From the NCBI RefSeq assembly GCF_009914755.1, contig NC_060925.1: a stretch of 64,000 nt of DNA. The stretch is one strand, 5' to 3'. Under the pieces are notes generated by a model. It worked only from the letters and a program-made list of their open reading frames with translations. It searched no databases and was not told the origin of the DNA. The position numbers and the translations under genes were made by a program. This document shows, one piece after another, positions 1-14,510 of the stretch. The DNA comes from the human T2T-CHM13v2.0 reference genome, Homo sapiens. Each line of letters starts with the position of its first letter. The first letter of the stretch is position 1.

Positions 1-694
1 ATTTGAAAGCAAGTCCAATAGTAATCCCAACAGACTTATTTATAGAAACTGTTAATCTCATCCTAAAGTGTATATGGAAACGCAAGACCTGAAAATCCAA
101 AGCCAATATTGAAAAAAAATTAAGTTACAGAATTTTTACCATACGATTTCAGAATTATAAAGCTTTTGTAACCAAGGAAGGTGTTACTGCCATAAGAGTC
201 AGTAAAGTGATGATTGCATCATGGGGCAGAATATAAATCAGAAATATACCCACACTTACATGGTCATTTAATTTTTGGTAAAAATCAAAGTAACCTAATA
301 TGGTAAGGAATCTCTACTTAACAAATGATGAAACACTAGATATGAACATATGAAAAAACTTTGACCCTGACCTCACACAATACATAAACATTAATTTATA
401 ATAACTCCTAGTCCCAAAAGTGAAAACTAAAACTAATAAGACAATATCATTGTAACTTGGGAGTAAGAAAAACCTTCTTAGACTGGACACAGAAATCAAT
501 AACCATAAAAAGAGAAAAAAATGACAAATTAGGCTTCATCAAAATTGAAAATTTCCACTCATTCAGAAAACATTAAGAAAATAAAATAGGCAAGCCATGA
601 GGTGGAAGAAAATATTGGTAAAACTGGTATTTGACAGACTGATATCTAGTTAATATAAAAAATTCCTACAACTCATTAATAAAAAGAGAACTCT
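1..694 (+). mobile_element. Ancient L1M (L1MC/ME-like) ORF2 3' fragment, left part
   Basis: Degenerate ORF2-like sequence (gcaagtccaatagtaatccc, cttcatcaaaattgaaaattt, ggaagaaaatattggtaa). It resumes at 11365 after the inserted L1PA. Confidence 0.75.
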
Positions 695-940
695 TGCTTC
701 TGCCTGCTAAGCTCAAGCACACCTTCACTGTTCCATATCCTATGTTTAATGAGGCCCACATGGCTCTGCCATATCTTCTGTTGTCTTGTTACTTACAGGT
801 ACTGGGAGATCTACAGGGAGGGCTCTGGGACATTCTAGAATCCAGGAAACACATTTAAAACCAAAGATAGTGAATGCCTGCATGGAGACTGGCACCCTTG
901 CACCTGTCAGTCCCCCATTTCAGTCAATAAGCATGTGCTG

Positions 941-964
941 TGCTGCTGCTGCTGCTGCTGCTGC
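941..964 (+). repeat. (TGC)8 trinucleotide repeat in the L1 5'UTR
   Basis: Read directly from the sequence. Confidence 0.95.
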
Positions 965-1475
965 TAGAACATGGAAATGTCCATGAATTCTGCTGCCACC
1001 ACCTGATGAAGTGCCTTGGCTGGCACCACCCATCATAGTGTTGTTACCAGAGGTCTGCAAACACCTTGGCCACTCCAGCACAGCAGGTTTCTAACCTCAA
1101 GTGTCCAGAAAACAAAGCTGGCAGGCCCTCAGAATCAGAGCACAAAGCATAGGAGTCCTGAACTGATATTTGTCCCCCTAATCGTCAGCCAGTTGACTGA
1201 ACTCATCTTAGACCAAAACCAAAGCCCCTAAAACATCTAAGAGGATAAAAGGAGGGGGTGGAAAGCCTATTCAAATGACACCAACTTCAAAGACCAAAGT
1301 AACATCAGCCCACGAAGATGAGAAAGAATCAGCACAATAACTCTGGAAACTCAAAAAACCAGAGTGTCTTCTTACCTCCAAACAACCACACTAGTTCCCC
1401 AGCAATGATTCTTAACCAGGCTGAAATAGCTGAAATGATAGAAAAAGAATTCAGAATATGAATAGGAATGAAGAT

Positions 1476-3771
1476 TGTACAAATCTGTTCTCAAACTGCT
1501 ATAAGGAAATACCTGAAACTGGGTAAATTATAAAGAAAAGAAGTTTAATTAGCTCATGGTTCCACAGGCTGTACAGGCTTCTGCTTCTGGGGAGGCCTCA
1601 GAAAACTTATAATCATGATAGAAGGTAAAGGTGAAGCTGGCACATCTTACATGGCTGAAGCAGGAAGAAGAGAATAAAGGGGAAGGGTCTATACACTTTT
1701 AAACACCCAGATCTTGTGAGAACTCTCTCACTATCATATGAACAGCAAAGGGGAAGTCTGCCCCCAGGATCCAATCACATCCCACTAGGCCCCACCTCCA
1801 ACATTACAGATTACAATTTGACATGAGATTTAGGCAGGGACACAAATCCAATCCATATCATTCTTCCCCAGCTTCTCCCAAATCTCATGTCTTTCTCACA
1901 TTGAAAAATACAATTGCCTCTTCTCAACAGTCCCCCAAAGTCTTAAATCATTTCAGCATTAACTCAAAAGTCCACAGTCCAAAATCTAATCTGACACAAG
2001 GCAAGTCCTTTCTGCCTATAAACCTGTAAAATCAAAAACAACTTAGTAACTTCCAAGATACAATGCAAGTACAGTCACTGAATAAATATGCCTGTCCCAA
2101 AAGGGAGAAATCGACCAAAACAAAGCAGCTACAGGCCCCAAGCAAGCTCAAAACCCAGCAAGGCAGTCATTAGATCTTAAAGCTTGAAAATAATGTCCTT
2201 TGACTTCAAGTCTCACCTCCAGGCCACACTGATACAAGGGATGGGCTCCCAAGGCCTGGGCAACTCTGCCCCTGCAGCTTCTCTCAAGGGTTGACATTGA
2301 GTGCCTATGGCTTTTCAAGGCACATGGTGCAAGCTGTCAGTGGATTTACCATTCTGAGGTCTGGAGGATGGTGGCCCTCTTCTCACAGTTCCACTAGGCA
2401 GTGTCCCAGTGGGGACTCTGGGTGGGGTCTCTAACCCCACATTTCCCCCTCCACACTGCCTTAGTAGAGGTACTCCATGAGGCCGTCCTTGTAGCAGACT
2501 TCTGCCTGAACATCTAGGCATTTCCATACATCCTCTGAAATCTAGAGGGAGGCTCCCAAGCCTCAGTTCTTGCCCTCTGTGCACCCATAGGCTGAATGCC
2601 ACAGGCAGTGTCCTGAGACATAGCTGGGGCCTTTTTAGCCATGCTGGAGCTGGAATGGCTGGGATGCAAGAATCAGTGTCCCAAGGTTGCACAGGGGAGC
2701 AGGGCCCTAGGCTGGGTCCATGAAACCATTCTTTCCTCCTAGGCCTCTGAGCCTGTGATTGGAGGGGCTGCCATGAAGGTGTCTGAAATGCCTTCAAGGC
2801 ATTTTCCCTATTGTTGTGACTATTAACATTCCACTCCTCTTTACATGCCTCCCCATAAAATGAGATTTTATTTTCTACCACATGGTCAGGATGCAAATTT
2901 TCCAAAATTTTATGCTCTGCTCCCCTTTTAATTTCCAGTTGCAGATCATCTATTTGCTCATGCATAGGAGCATATGCTGTTAGAAGCAGCCAGGCTATTT
3001 TTTGAAGGTTTTGCTGTTTAGAAATTTCTTCCACCAGATACCTACATCATCTCTCTCAAGTTCAAAATTCCACAGATCCCCGGAGCGGGGCACAATGCCA
3101 CCAGTCTCTTTGCTAGAGCATAGAAGGACTGACCTTTACTTTAGTTCCCAATAAGTTCCTCATCTCCATATGAGACCACCTGAGCATGGACTTCATTGTC
3201 CATATCACTATCAGGATTTTGGTCAGAACAATTTCACAAGTCTCTAGGAAGTTTCAAACTTCCCCTCATCTTCCTGTCTTCTTCTGAGCCCTGCAAACTC
3301 TTCCAACCTCTGCCTATTACCCAGTTCCAAATCTGCCTCCACATTTTCAGGTATCTTTATAGCAATGCCCCACTTCCCAGTACTAATTTGCTGTATTAGT
3401 CTGTTCTCACACTGTTATAAAGAAATACCAGAAACTGGGTAATTTATAAAGAAAAGAAGTTTAATTAGCTCATGGTTCTGCAGAATGTACAGGCTTCTGC
3501 TTCTGGGGAGACCTCAGGAAACTAAAATCATGGTGGAAAGTGAGAAGCTGGCACATCTTTAATGGCCAGAACAGAAAGAAGAGCGTGAAGGGGGAGGTGC
3601 TACACACTTTTAAACAAGCAGATCTCATGAGAACTCACTCACTCTAACAAGAACAGCAAGGGGGAGGCCCGCCTCCATGATCCAATCACATCCCATCAGG
3701 CCCTGTCTCCATCATTGGAGATTACAATTTGACATGCAATTTGGGCGGAAACACAAATCCAAACCATATCA
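1476..3771 (-). mobile_element. Complete MST-family (MSTA-like) ERVL-MaLR provirus: LTR 1476-1860, internal 1861-3391, LTR 3392-3771
   Basis: Two ~380-bp direct repeats with tgta...ccatatca termini. 5-bp TSD AAGAT at 1471-1475 and 3772-3776. The internal region carries a MaLR ORF remnant (EEISKQQ...AWLLLTAY). Confidence 0.93.
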
Positions 3772-3881
3772 AAGATCACTGAGATTCAATAGAAAGTCAA
3801 AATCATATCCAAGGATTCTAAGAAATATAATAAAATAATACAGGAGATGGAAGATGAAAAGGCCATTTTAAGAAAGAACCA

Positions 3882-4227
<346 letters not shown>

Positions 4228-5651
4228 TCACATCAAGAATTTCAGAATACAATCCCAAGTATTAACAGTAGAATAGACCAAGCCGAGAAAAGACTCTCAG
4301 AGTGTGGACAAAAATAAATACATGAAGAATGAACAAAATCTCTGAGAAATATGGGATTATGTGAAGAGACCAAATCTATGACTCACTAGCATCCCTGAAA
4401 GAGAGGGAGAGAAAGCAAGTAACTCGGAAAATATATTTCAGGATATCGTCCATGAAAATTTCCCCAACCTTGCTAGAGAGGCCAACATTCAAAGGAAATG
4501 CAGAGAACCCCTGTGAAATACTACACAAGAGTACCATCCTCAAGACAAATAGTCATCAGATTCTCCAAGGTCAAAAAGAAAAAAAAATAATGTTAAAGGC
4601 AGCTAGAGAGAAGAGGCAGGTCATCTACAAAGAGAACCCCATTAGGCTAACAGCAGATCTTTCGGCAGATCCTACAATCCAGAAGAGATGGGGGCTCATA
4701 TTCAGCATCCTTAAAGAAAATAATTTCCAGTCAATAGTTTCATATTCAGCCCAACTAAGCTTCATAAACAAAGGAGAAATAAGATCCTTTTCAGACAAGC
4801 AAATGCTAGGGGAATTTGTTACCATCAGACCTACCCTACCTCACAAGAGATCTTGAAGGCAGTGTTAACACGGAAAGGAAACATCACTACCAGCTACAAC
4901 AAAAACACACTTGACTACATAAACCAGCGACACTATAAAGCAATCACAGAAACAAATCTGCAAATAAAAATCTAAAAACATGATGACAAGATCAAATCCA
5001 CACATATCAACACTAACCTTGAATGTAAATGGACTAAATAACCCAATTAAAAGGCACAGACTGGCAAGTTGAATAAAGAAGCAGACCCAATGGTATGCTG
5101 TCTACCAGAGATCCATCTTATATGCAGTGACACATATAGTCTCCAAGTAAAGGGATGGAGAAAAATCCACCAAGCAAAAGGAAAACAGAAAAAAAAGCAG
5201 AGGTTACTATTCTAATTTCAGACGAAACAGACTGTAAACCAACAGAGATTAAAAAAAAAAAAGACAAAGAAGGACATTACATAATGGTAAAGGGCTCAAT
5301 TCAACAAGAAGACCTAACTATCCTTAGTATACATGCACCCAACACAGGAGCACCCATATTCATAAAGCAAGTTCTTAGATACCTATGAAGAAATTTAGAT
5401 AACCATACAATAATAGTGGGAGACTTGAACACCCCATTGACAATATTAGACAGACCATCGAGGCAGAAAACTAGCAGAATTATTTGGGACCTGAACTCAA
5501 CACTTGACCAAGTGGACCTAATAGACATCTACAGAATTCTCCACACAAAATACTTTCTTCTCATCTGCACATGGCACGTACTTTAAAATCAACCACACAA
5601 TTGGGCATAAAACAATCCTCAGCAAATTCATAAAAAACAAAATCATACTAA

Positions 5652-6073
<422 letters not shown>

Positions 6074-9000
6074 CTATTGGGTTAATAATGAAATTAAGGC
6101 AGAAATTGAGAAATTCTATGAAACTAATGAGAACGAAGATACCATACAGAATCTCTGGGACACAACTAAAGCATTTCATTATAAAGAGAAAGTTTATAAC
6201 ACTAAATGTCCACATAAAAAAGTTAGAAAGATCTCAAATTAAGAACTTAACAACTAGAGGAACTAGAGAAACAAGAGCAAACCAACCCCAAAGCTAGCAG
6301 AAGACAAGAAATAACAAAAATCAGAACTGAACTTAAGGAAATTGAAACACAACAAACCATACAAAAGATCAGTGAATCCAGGCACTGGTTCTTTACAAGA
6401 ATTAATGACTGATAGACTGCTAGCTAGACTAATTAAAAAAAAGGGAGAGAATATCCAAATAAACACCATCAGAAATGACAAAAGGGATATTACAATTGAC
6501 CCCACAGAAATACAACAACCCTCAGAATCTAACATGTCTATGTATACAAGCTAGACAATCTAGGAAAAAAATGAGAAATTTCTGGAAACAAACAACCTCC
6601 CAAGATTGAACCATGAAGAAATTGAATGCATGAACAGATCAATGAGTTCCAAAATTGAATCTGTAATAAAAAGCCTACCAATCGGAAAAAGCCCAGGACC
6701 AGAAGGATTGACAGCCAAATTCTACCAGATGTATAAGGAAGAGCTTGTACCATTCCTGCTGAAACTATTCCAAAAAACTGAAGAGAATGGACTTCTCCCT
6801 AACTCATTCTTTGAGGCCAGAATCATACTGATAATAAAATCTGGTAGAGAAACAACAACAAAAAGAAAACTTCAGGCCGATATCCTTGATGAAAATAGGT
6901 GAAAAAATCCTCAACAAAATACTAGCAAACCAAATTCAGCAGCACATTAGAAAGCTTATCCAATGTGATCAAGTAGGCTTTATCTGTGGGATAAAAGGTA
7001 GGTTTGATATATGCAAATTAATAAATGTGATTTACCACATAAACAGATCTAAAAAAAGAAACATAATCTTCCCAGTAGATGCAGGAAAGGTTTCAATAAA
7101 ATTCAGCATCTCTTCATGTTAAAAACCCTCAACAAACCAGGCATTGAAGGAACATACTTCAAAATAATAAGAGCCATCCATGAAAAACACACAGCCAACA
7201 TCATATTGAATGGGCAAAAGCTGGAAGCATTCCCCTTGAAAATTAGAACAAGATAAAGATTCCCACTCCCACCTCCCCTATTCAACACAGTACTAGACGT
7301 CCTAGCTAGAACTATCAGGCAAGGAAAGGAAATAAAAGGCATCCAAATAGGAAGAGAGGAAATAACAGTATCCCTTTTGGTAGAAGATATGATTCTATAC
7401 CTAGAAATCCCCATAATCTCTGCCTGAAAGCTCCTTAATCTGATAAACAACTTCAGCAAAGTTTCAGTATACAAAATGAATGTGCATGCAAAAACCACTA
7501 GCATTCCTATACACCAGCGACATCCAAGCTAAGAGCTAAGTCAATAATGCAATGCCATTCACAATAGTTACAGAAAGAATAAAATGCCTAGAAATAAAGC
7601 TTTAAAAGGAGGCAAAAGACCTCTATAATGAGAATTTAAAAACACAGATCCAAGAAATCAGAGAGGACATAAACAAATGGAAAAACATGCCATGCTCATG
7701 GATAGGAAGAATAAATATTGTTAAAATGGCCATGCTGCCAAGCAATTTGCAGATCCAATGCTATTCCTATCAAACTACCAATGACATTCTTTACAGAATT
7801 AGAAAAACCTATTTTAAAATTCATATGAAACCAAGAAATAACCTGAATAGCCAAGGCAATCCTAAGCAAAAAGAATAAAGTTAGAGGCATCACATTACCT
7901 GACTTCAAACCATACAAGGTTACAGTAACCAAAACAGAATGGTGTGGTACAAAAATGGAACCGCAGACCAATGGAACAAAATAGCACAGAAATAAGGCTG
8001 CACATCTACAAGCATCTGATCTTTGACAAAACTGACAAAAATGAGAAACGGGGAAAGGACTTATTATTCAATAAACAGTACTGGGAATTGGACCCCTTCC
8101 TTACACCATATAAAAAATCAACTCAAGGTGGATTAAAGACTTAAAGGGAGAATCTAAAACCATCCAAATCCTGAAAGATAATCTACAAAATACCATTCTC
8201 AATACAGGACCTGGCAAAGATTTTATTACAAACACACTAAAAGAAATGGCAACAAAACCAAAAATTGACAAATGGGATCTGATAAAACTAAAGAACTTCT
8301 GCACAGCAAAAGAAATTATCAACAGAATGAACAGACAACCTACAGAATGGGAGAAAATTTTTGCAAACTATGCATCTGACAGAGATCTAATATCCAGAAT
8401 CTATAAGGAACTTAAATTTGCAAAACAAAAATCCAACAACCTCACTAAAAAGTGGGCAAAGGACATGAACAGGAAATTTTCCAAAGAAGACATACACTTG
8501 GCCAACAAGTATATGAGAAAATGCTCAAAATCACTAATAATTAGAGAAATGCATATCAAAACCACAGTGAGATACCATCTCAAATGAATCAGAATGGCTA
8601 CTATTAAAAAGTCAAAAAATAACAGATGTTGGCGAGGTTATAGAGAAAAGGGAACACTTACACATTGCTGGTGAAAGTGTAAGTTAGTTCAGCCATTGTG
8701 GAAAGCAATATGGTGATTTCTCAAAGAACTTAAAAAGGGATTATCATTTGTTGAAGCAATCCCATTATTGGGTATATACCCAAGGGGATATAAATTGTTC
8801 TATCATAAAGACACATGCACACATATGTTCATCACAGCACTATTCACAAGAGGAAAGATATGGAATCAACCTAAATGCCTATCAATGGTAGAAAATGTGG
8901 TACATATACACCATGAAATAGTATGCAGCCATAAAATAGAATGAGATCATATCCTATACAGCAACATGGATGGAGCTGGAAGCCATTATCCTAAGTGAAC

Positions 9001-9284
9001 TAACACAGGAACAGAACATCAAATACCACATGTTCTCACTTATAAGTGGGAACTAAACTTTGAGTACATATGGACACAAAGAAGGGAATAACAGACACCA
9101 GGGCCTACTTGAGAGTGCAGGATGGGAGGAGGTGAAGATTGAAAAATTACCTATTGGATACTATGCTGATTATGTGGGTGATGAAATAAGCTGTACATCA
9201 AACCCCCATGACATGCAATTTGCCTATATACCAAACCTGCACATGTACCCCTGAACCTAAAATAAAAGTTTAAAAACAGTAATA

Positions 9285-11304
9285 ATAGTATTGGAAGTCC
9301 TGACCAGCAATGAGCAGACAAGAGAAAGAAATAAAGGGTATTCAAATAGGAAGAGAGGAAGTCAAACTATCTTTGTTTGCAGGTGACATGATTCTATACC
9401 TAGAAAACCTCAGTCTCAGCCTAAAAGCTCTTCCAGCTGATAAACAACCTCAGCAAAATCTCAGGATACATAATAAATGTGCAAAAATCACAAGCATTCC
9501 TATATACCACCAACAGTCAAGCCAAGAGCCAAATCAGAAATGCAGTCCCATTCATAATTGCCACAAAAAGAATAAATTATCTAGGAATACAGCCAACAAG
9601 GGAGGGGAAAGATCTCTACAGATCTTTCACAAAACACTGCTCAAAGAAATCACAGATTACACAAACAAATGGAAAAACATTCCATGCTCATGGATAGAAA
9701 GAATCAATATTGTAAAAATGGCCTTACTGCCCAAAGCAATTTACAGATTCAATGCTATGCCTATTAAACAACCATCATGATTATTCACAGAACTAGCAAA
9801 CTATTTTTAAATTCTATGGAACCAAAAAAAGAGACTGAATAGCCAAGGCAATCCTAAGCAAAAAGCACAAAGCTTGGAGCATCACACTACTCAACTTCAA
9901 ACTATGCTACAGGGCTACAGTAAACAAAACAGCATGGCTACTACAGGCTACAGTAAACAAAACCAAGAACAAACACATAAACCAATGGAATGGAATAGAG
10001 AATCCAGAAATAAGGCTGCACACCTATGACTATCTGATCTTTGACAAACTTGACAAAAACAAGCAATGAGGTAACTATTCCCTGTTCAATAACGGGCTGG
10101 AATAACCGGCTAGCCACATGCAGAAGGCTGGAACTGAACCCCTTTGTTATACTATATACAAAAATTAACTCAAGATGAATTAAAGACTTAAATGTAAAAG
10201 CCAAAACTATAAAAATCCTTGAGGACAACCTAGGCACTACCATTCTGGACATAGGAACAGGAAAAGATTTCATGATGAAGATGCCAAAAGCAACTGCAAC
10301 AAAACCAAAAATTGACAAATGGGATCTAATTAAACTGAAGAACTTCTGCACAGCAAAGGAAACTACCAGCAGAGTGAACAGACAACCTACAGAATGGGAG
10401 AAAATTTTTGAAAACTATGCATCTGACAAAGGTCTAATATCTAGCATCTATAAGGAACTTAAATTTATAAGAAAAAAACAAGCAACCCCATTAAAAAGTG
10501 GGCAAAGGACAAAATCAGATACTTTTACATGTAGCCAACAATCATATGGGAAAAAAGCTTACCATTACTAATCATTAGAGAAATGCAAATCAAAACCTCA
10601 ATGAGCTACCATCTCACACCAGTCAGATTGGCAGTTATTAAAAAGTCAAAAAAAATAACAGATGCTGGCAAGATGGTAGAGAAAGGGGGACTTTCATACA
10701 TTGCTGGTGGGCATATAAATTACTTCAGCCATTGTAGAAGACTGTGGCAATTCCTCAAAGACCTAAAAACAGAAATACCATTTGATCTAGCAATCCCATT
10801 ATTGGATATATAACCAAAGGAATATAAATTATTCTATTATAAAGACACATGCGTGCATATGTTCATTGCAGCATTATTCACAATAGCAAAGAAATGGAAT
10901 CACCCTAAATGTCCATCAATGATACTGGATAAAGAAAATGTGGTAGATATACACCACGGAATACTATGCAGCCATAAAAAAGAACAAGATCATGTTCTTT
11001 GCAGGGACATGGATGGAGCTGGAGGCCATTATCCTTAGCAAACAAACAGAGGAATAGAAAACAAAATACCACATGTTTTCTCTTATAAGTGGGAGCTAAA
11101 TGATAAGAACACATGGACACACAAAGGGGCCTATTGCAGGGTGGAGACTGGGAAGAGGGACAGGATTGGGAAAAATAATTAATGGGTACTAGGCTTAATA
11201 CCTGAGTGATGAAATAATCTGTACAACAAACCCCATGACACAAGTTTACCTGTATAACAAACATGCACATGTACCCCTGAACTTAAAAGTTAAAACAAAC
11301 AAGA
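9285..11304 (+). mobile_element. 5'-truncated L1PA13/14-like LINE-1 inserted in the tail of the preceding L1
   Basis: Begins in the RT region ([31 protein letters not shown]) and runs through the 3'UTR. Approximate TSD aaaaa(c/g)agtaata. Confidence 0.85.
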
Positions 11305-11364
11305 AAAAAGAGTAATATATTTAAAAATTAAAAAATAACACAAATTTATTAAAAAGAAAACTCT

Positions 11365-11715
11365 CAAATAAGAAATAAGTAGATTTTAACTGACACATCA
11401 CAAAGGAGGATGTACAAATGCCCAATAAATACATGATAAAGAGTTCAGTCTCTTTAGGCCTCAAGAAAATGCAGTTGTAAGCACCATGAAATAAAATCAT
11501 ATACCACTAAAACTGTTAAATAAAGACAGACAACACCCAATATTGGCAACTCAGAACTCTTATACATTGTAGAGGGAATATTAAACAGTTCAACCAAAAG
11601 ATCAAGCCATTTGTGATAAAAGTAAACATACATCTATCTTATGACCCAGAAATACCACTTCTGGAACTTATCCAAGATAATAAAACAAAGTTTATAGTAG
11701 TTTTGTTCATAAAAC
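11365..11715 (+). mobile_element. Ancient L1M ORF2 3' fragment, right part (continues 1-694)
   Basis: cacatcacaaaggaggatgtacaaatgcccaataa and atgacccagaaataccacttctgg are collinear with the left part. Confidence 0.7.
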
Positions 11716-12199
11716 TTCATTTTTCTTTTCCTTATGTTCACCAATGCTTAATTTTTGTTCAACATATAAATTGAATACAACTCTTGTCAGCTGCCCAACT
11801 GTCTCATCCCTAGAAATATCCTGCTCTACTAGCAATCGTTGGGCAGAAAATGGAAGAAATACACAGATTTATGGAGCCTTTGTGAAGAGCCTCTGTGAGT
11901 CTGATTGGATTGGACCTCAGTGCTGGAGTTGCTGTGACTCCCACCATGTTGGAGGATGGGCTAAAGCTCAACTCTAATTTCAGGAGTGCTAAAACAGCTG
12001 AGGTTATTAGGAGATGAGTAACCAGAGGTATATCCAGTACTCTCTATTGACCAAACAGTTGAGGGCTAGTGCACGTAGGCACTATGCACATAAAACTGTA
12101 TTTCCAAACATTGTATGTGCCCAGCTGTTAGTGCTTTGGTAGCTGAGGTGGAAACTTCATCATTCACTTTATAGACTTTCACTTAATACCCATATGCTC

Positions 12200-13700
12200 T
12201 GTACAAATCTCATACCCAACCTCAGCTACACTTTGTATTCCTGAGTTCTGACTTTCTCTATTACAATCTTTTCAAAGAATAACTTCCTAGTCCTCTGCTA
12301 GGGAGTTGAGGGGAGCATTGTCTTGTCAGCTGTAGAAAAGAGCTGGAGTTCTAAGTGTTACTTACAGTGACTTTCCAAAATTCTGGTTTCAGCCTGCACC
12401 ATGCTCAGTCTTCAGATGTATCTGATGCCTCCAATTCCAAAGACTTTCAGAGTCACTCTTCTATGAACAACATTCTTGTTTTTTATTTACTCCAGTTGCA
12501 TTACTTACACTTTGCCTTCCTCATATACACTAAATTAGTTAACACTTATTTCATCTTATTTATTATTTCTCTTCATTAACCATCTTCTATCCAATTCCTT
12601 ATTTGCTGTGCATTTATCATTTTTAAATTTACTTATTCTGATTTTAGTATCTTTCAGAAATATTACATTGATCATTTTTAACTGAATATTCACTTCTCTA
12701 TAATTCTTGACCTTTCTTTCAGATTTTCCAAACTTTTCTTTTTTTTTTTTTTCTTGAGACAGAGTCTTGCTCTGTAGCCCAGACTGGAGTGCAATGGCGT
12801 GATCTGGGCTCACTGCAACCTCCACCTCCCAGGTTCAAGCAATTCTCATGCCTCAGCCTCCTGAGGATTACAAGGCATGAGCCACAATGCCTGGCCAGAT
12901 TTTCAAAATTTTTCTATCCCACTGAATGTCCATTTGCTTTTTTGCATTTCACTAGTTGTGTGTTCAACTAGGCAGGATCTTTTTATTTATCAAAGTATTA
13001 GGTTGTATCTTATGCAATTATTTTTTATTTGTAAGCTTTAACTAATTCATTTTTTAAACTGGTCTTTTTCTTTCATAGAGTCTTGTTCTATGCTTTATTT
13101 TTTGCATTAATTTAATCATTTTAGATGTATCTCTCAAATTGTTCAGTAACTCAAAATTGTTAATAATCAAATTCTGTGACGTTTGCTGTATCTGCTGATG
13201 CTTCATATGGTAGATTATTTCCTCATGTATCACATAAATTTTTATTTAATCTTCAGTAGACCTCTATATGTGAAAATACAGTATACCCAAGGTTGAGAAT
13301 TTATTCCTCAAGAATGATTTTATATTTGATTCTATCAGTAATCCTCAGAATATCACCAGCATGAGACTGAATTTTGTGTTAATTTCTTAATTTGATATCT
13401 CTCAGGACAAGAACCTAACGTAAATTCAAAACTTTACCCCTGTGATTTTAAGGCCTATGCTTACAATATATCGAGAGACTCTTTTTCACCCAAAAGCCAG
13501 GCAGACACTTAAAGATGTCTTTGTCATCTTCTGATGCTCCTGAGAAGATTGTTTTTATACAGTATAATTTCACTGAGGTTATAGCATTTTTAAGGGTTCC
13601 TACTTTATATGTGCGTGTGTGTGTTGGAAGAAGATATTAATCCCAGCTATGTGACTCTTGTAAGTCCAAAACTTCATCTCTCATACTTGAATGAATATTA
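12200..13700 (-). mobile_element. Highly decayed old L1 (L1ME/HAL1-like) fragments
   Basis: T-rich antisense L1-like composition and motifs; boundaries are approximate. Confidence 0.45.
12740..12896 (-). mobile_element. Monomer-length Alu (left-arm 5' end joined to an AluS-type right arm)
   Basis: T tail, right arm as far as cctcagcctcctgag, then gattacaaggcatgagccac...ggcc. TSD agattttc(c/a)aa(a)...tttct on both sides. Confidence 0.85.
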
Positions 13701-13719
13701 AAAATAAAGACCTAATCTT

Positions 13720-14285
13720 TCACTTTAGGACAGGTTCAAATAACTAAAATTGGACTTACCATTTCATCCTATATAACTATAAAACTGGACAAAACATATG
13801 AGGGAATTATAGGCATGAAAAACAGAGCAAAATAGTGAGCCTTGAGAGAAGGAAAACATTCGAGTTGAATATTTGTTCACAACAGCTCTGTTTTACTATG
13901 GTGCAGAGAGGTAGAGTCAAAGCATAATAAAGGTCTTACTGCTTAGAAGGCAGAGATTTATGGTAGCTGAGCTAGCTGAAATTTGTGGGACAGGATATAA
14001 AAGAGGAACAAACTACACAGATGTTAGGGCCTCAAGATCTGAAAGATGGCTCTCCTTCAGTTTATACACAAGGGCTGGACTGAACTTGCTCAAGGTGAAA
14101 TTCCATGAGGCCTATTACAGAGCAGCTGTTACAGAGGGAAAAAACTGCATGGTGACACCAGAAGTCATCGAGCACTGGGAAATACTGGAGTTCCAACCCA
14201 CCCAGAGTAAAGAGACATTACTGAGCACCTCTATATTCATTGATGACTTCAAAAAGTCAACAGTTTAGATATAAGGACCAAGACC
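13720..14285 (+). mobile_element. Old L1M 5'-region fragment
   Basis: Resembles L1ME/L1MD 5' ends (ataactataaaactggacaaaacatatgag, ccttgagagaaggaaaaca). Confidence 0.5.
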
Positions 14286-14290
14286 CAGAA

Positions 14291-14510
14291 CAGAGATCAC
14301 AAACATTTTCTGTAACTACTCAGATAGTTATTTTAGGGATTGCAAGCCACAAATAGTCTCCTCTATCCCTCTTTTTCCTCCTCTTCTTTATTCCTCTTCC
14401 TCTTCTTCAATTTTTTAAAAAAGTAACAAAAAAATTATACATTTTGGGCCATACAAAAACAGTTTGCAGGCCAGATTAGGCCCATAAACCATAGTCTGTG
14501 GATACTTAAT
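14291..14510 (+). mobile_element. MER58-like hAT-Charlie MITE
   Basis: caaacattttctgtaa...cagatagt...gggccatacaaaaacag...ggccagatt.ggccca...catagt follows the MER58 layout. Confidence 0.65.

Noticed and set aside
2315-3034. Longest ORF in the window (239 aa, minus strand)
   Set aside because: It lies wholly within the MST internal region and starts at GTG. It is a remnant of the known MaLR internal ORF, with nothing supporting a domesticated gene.
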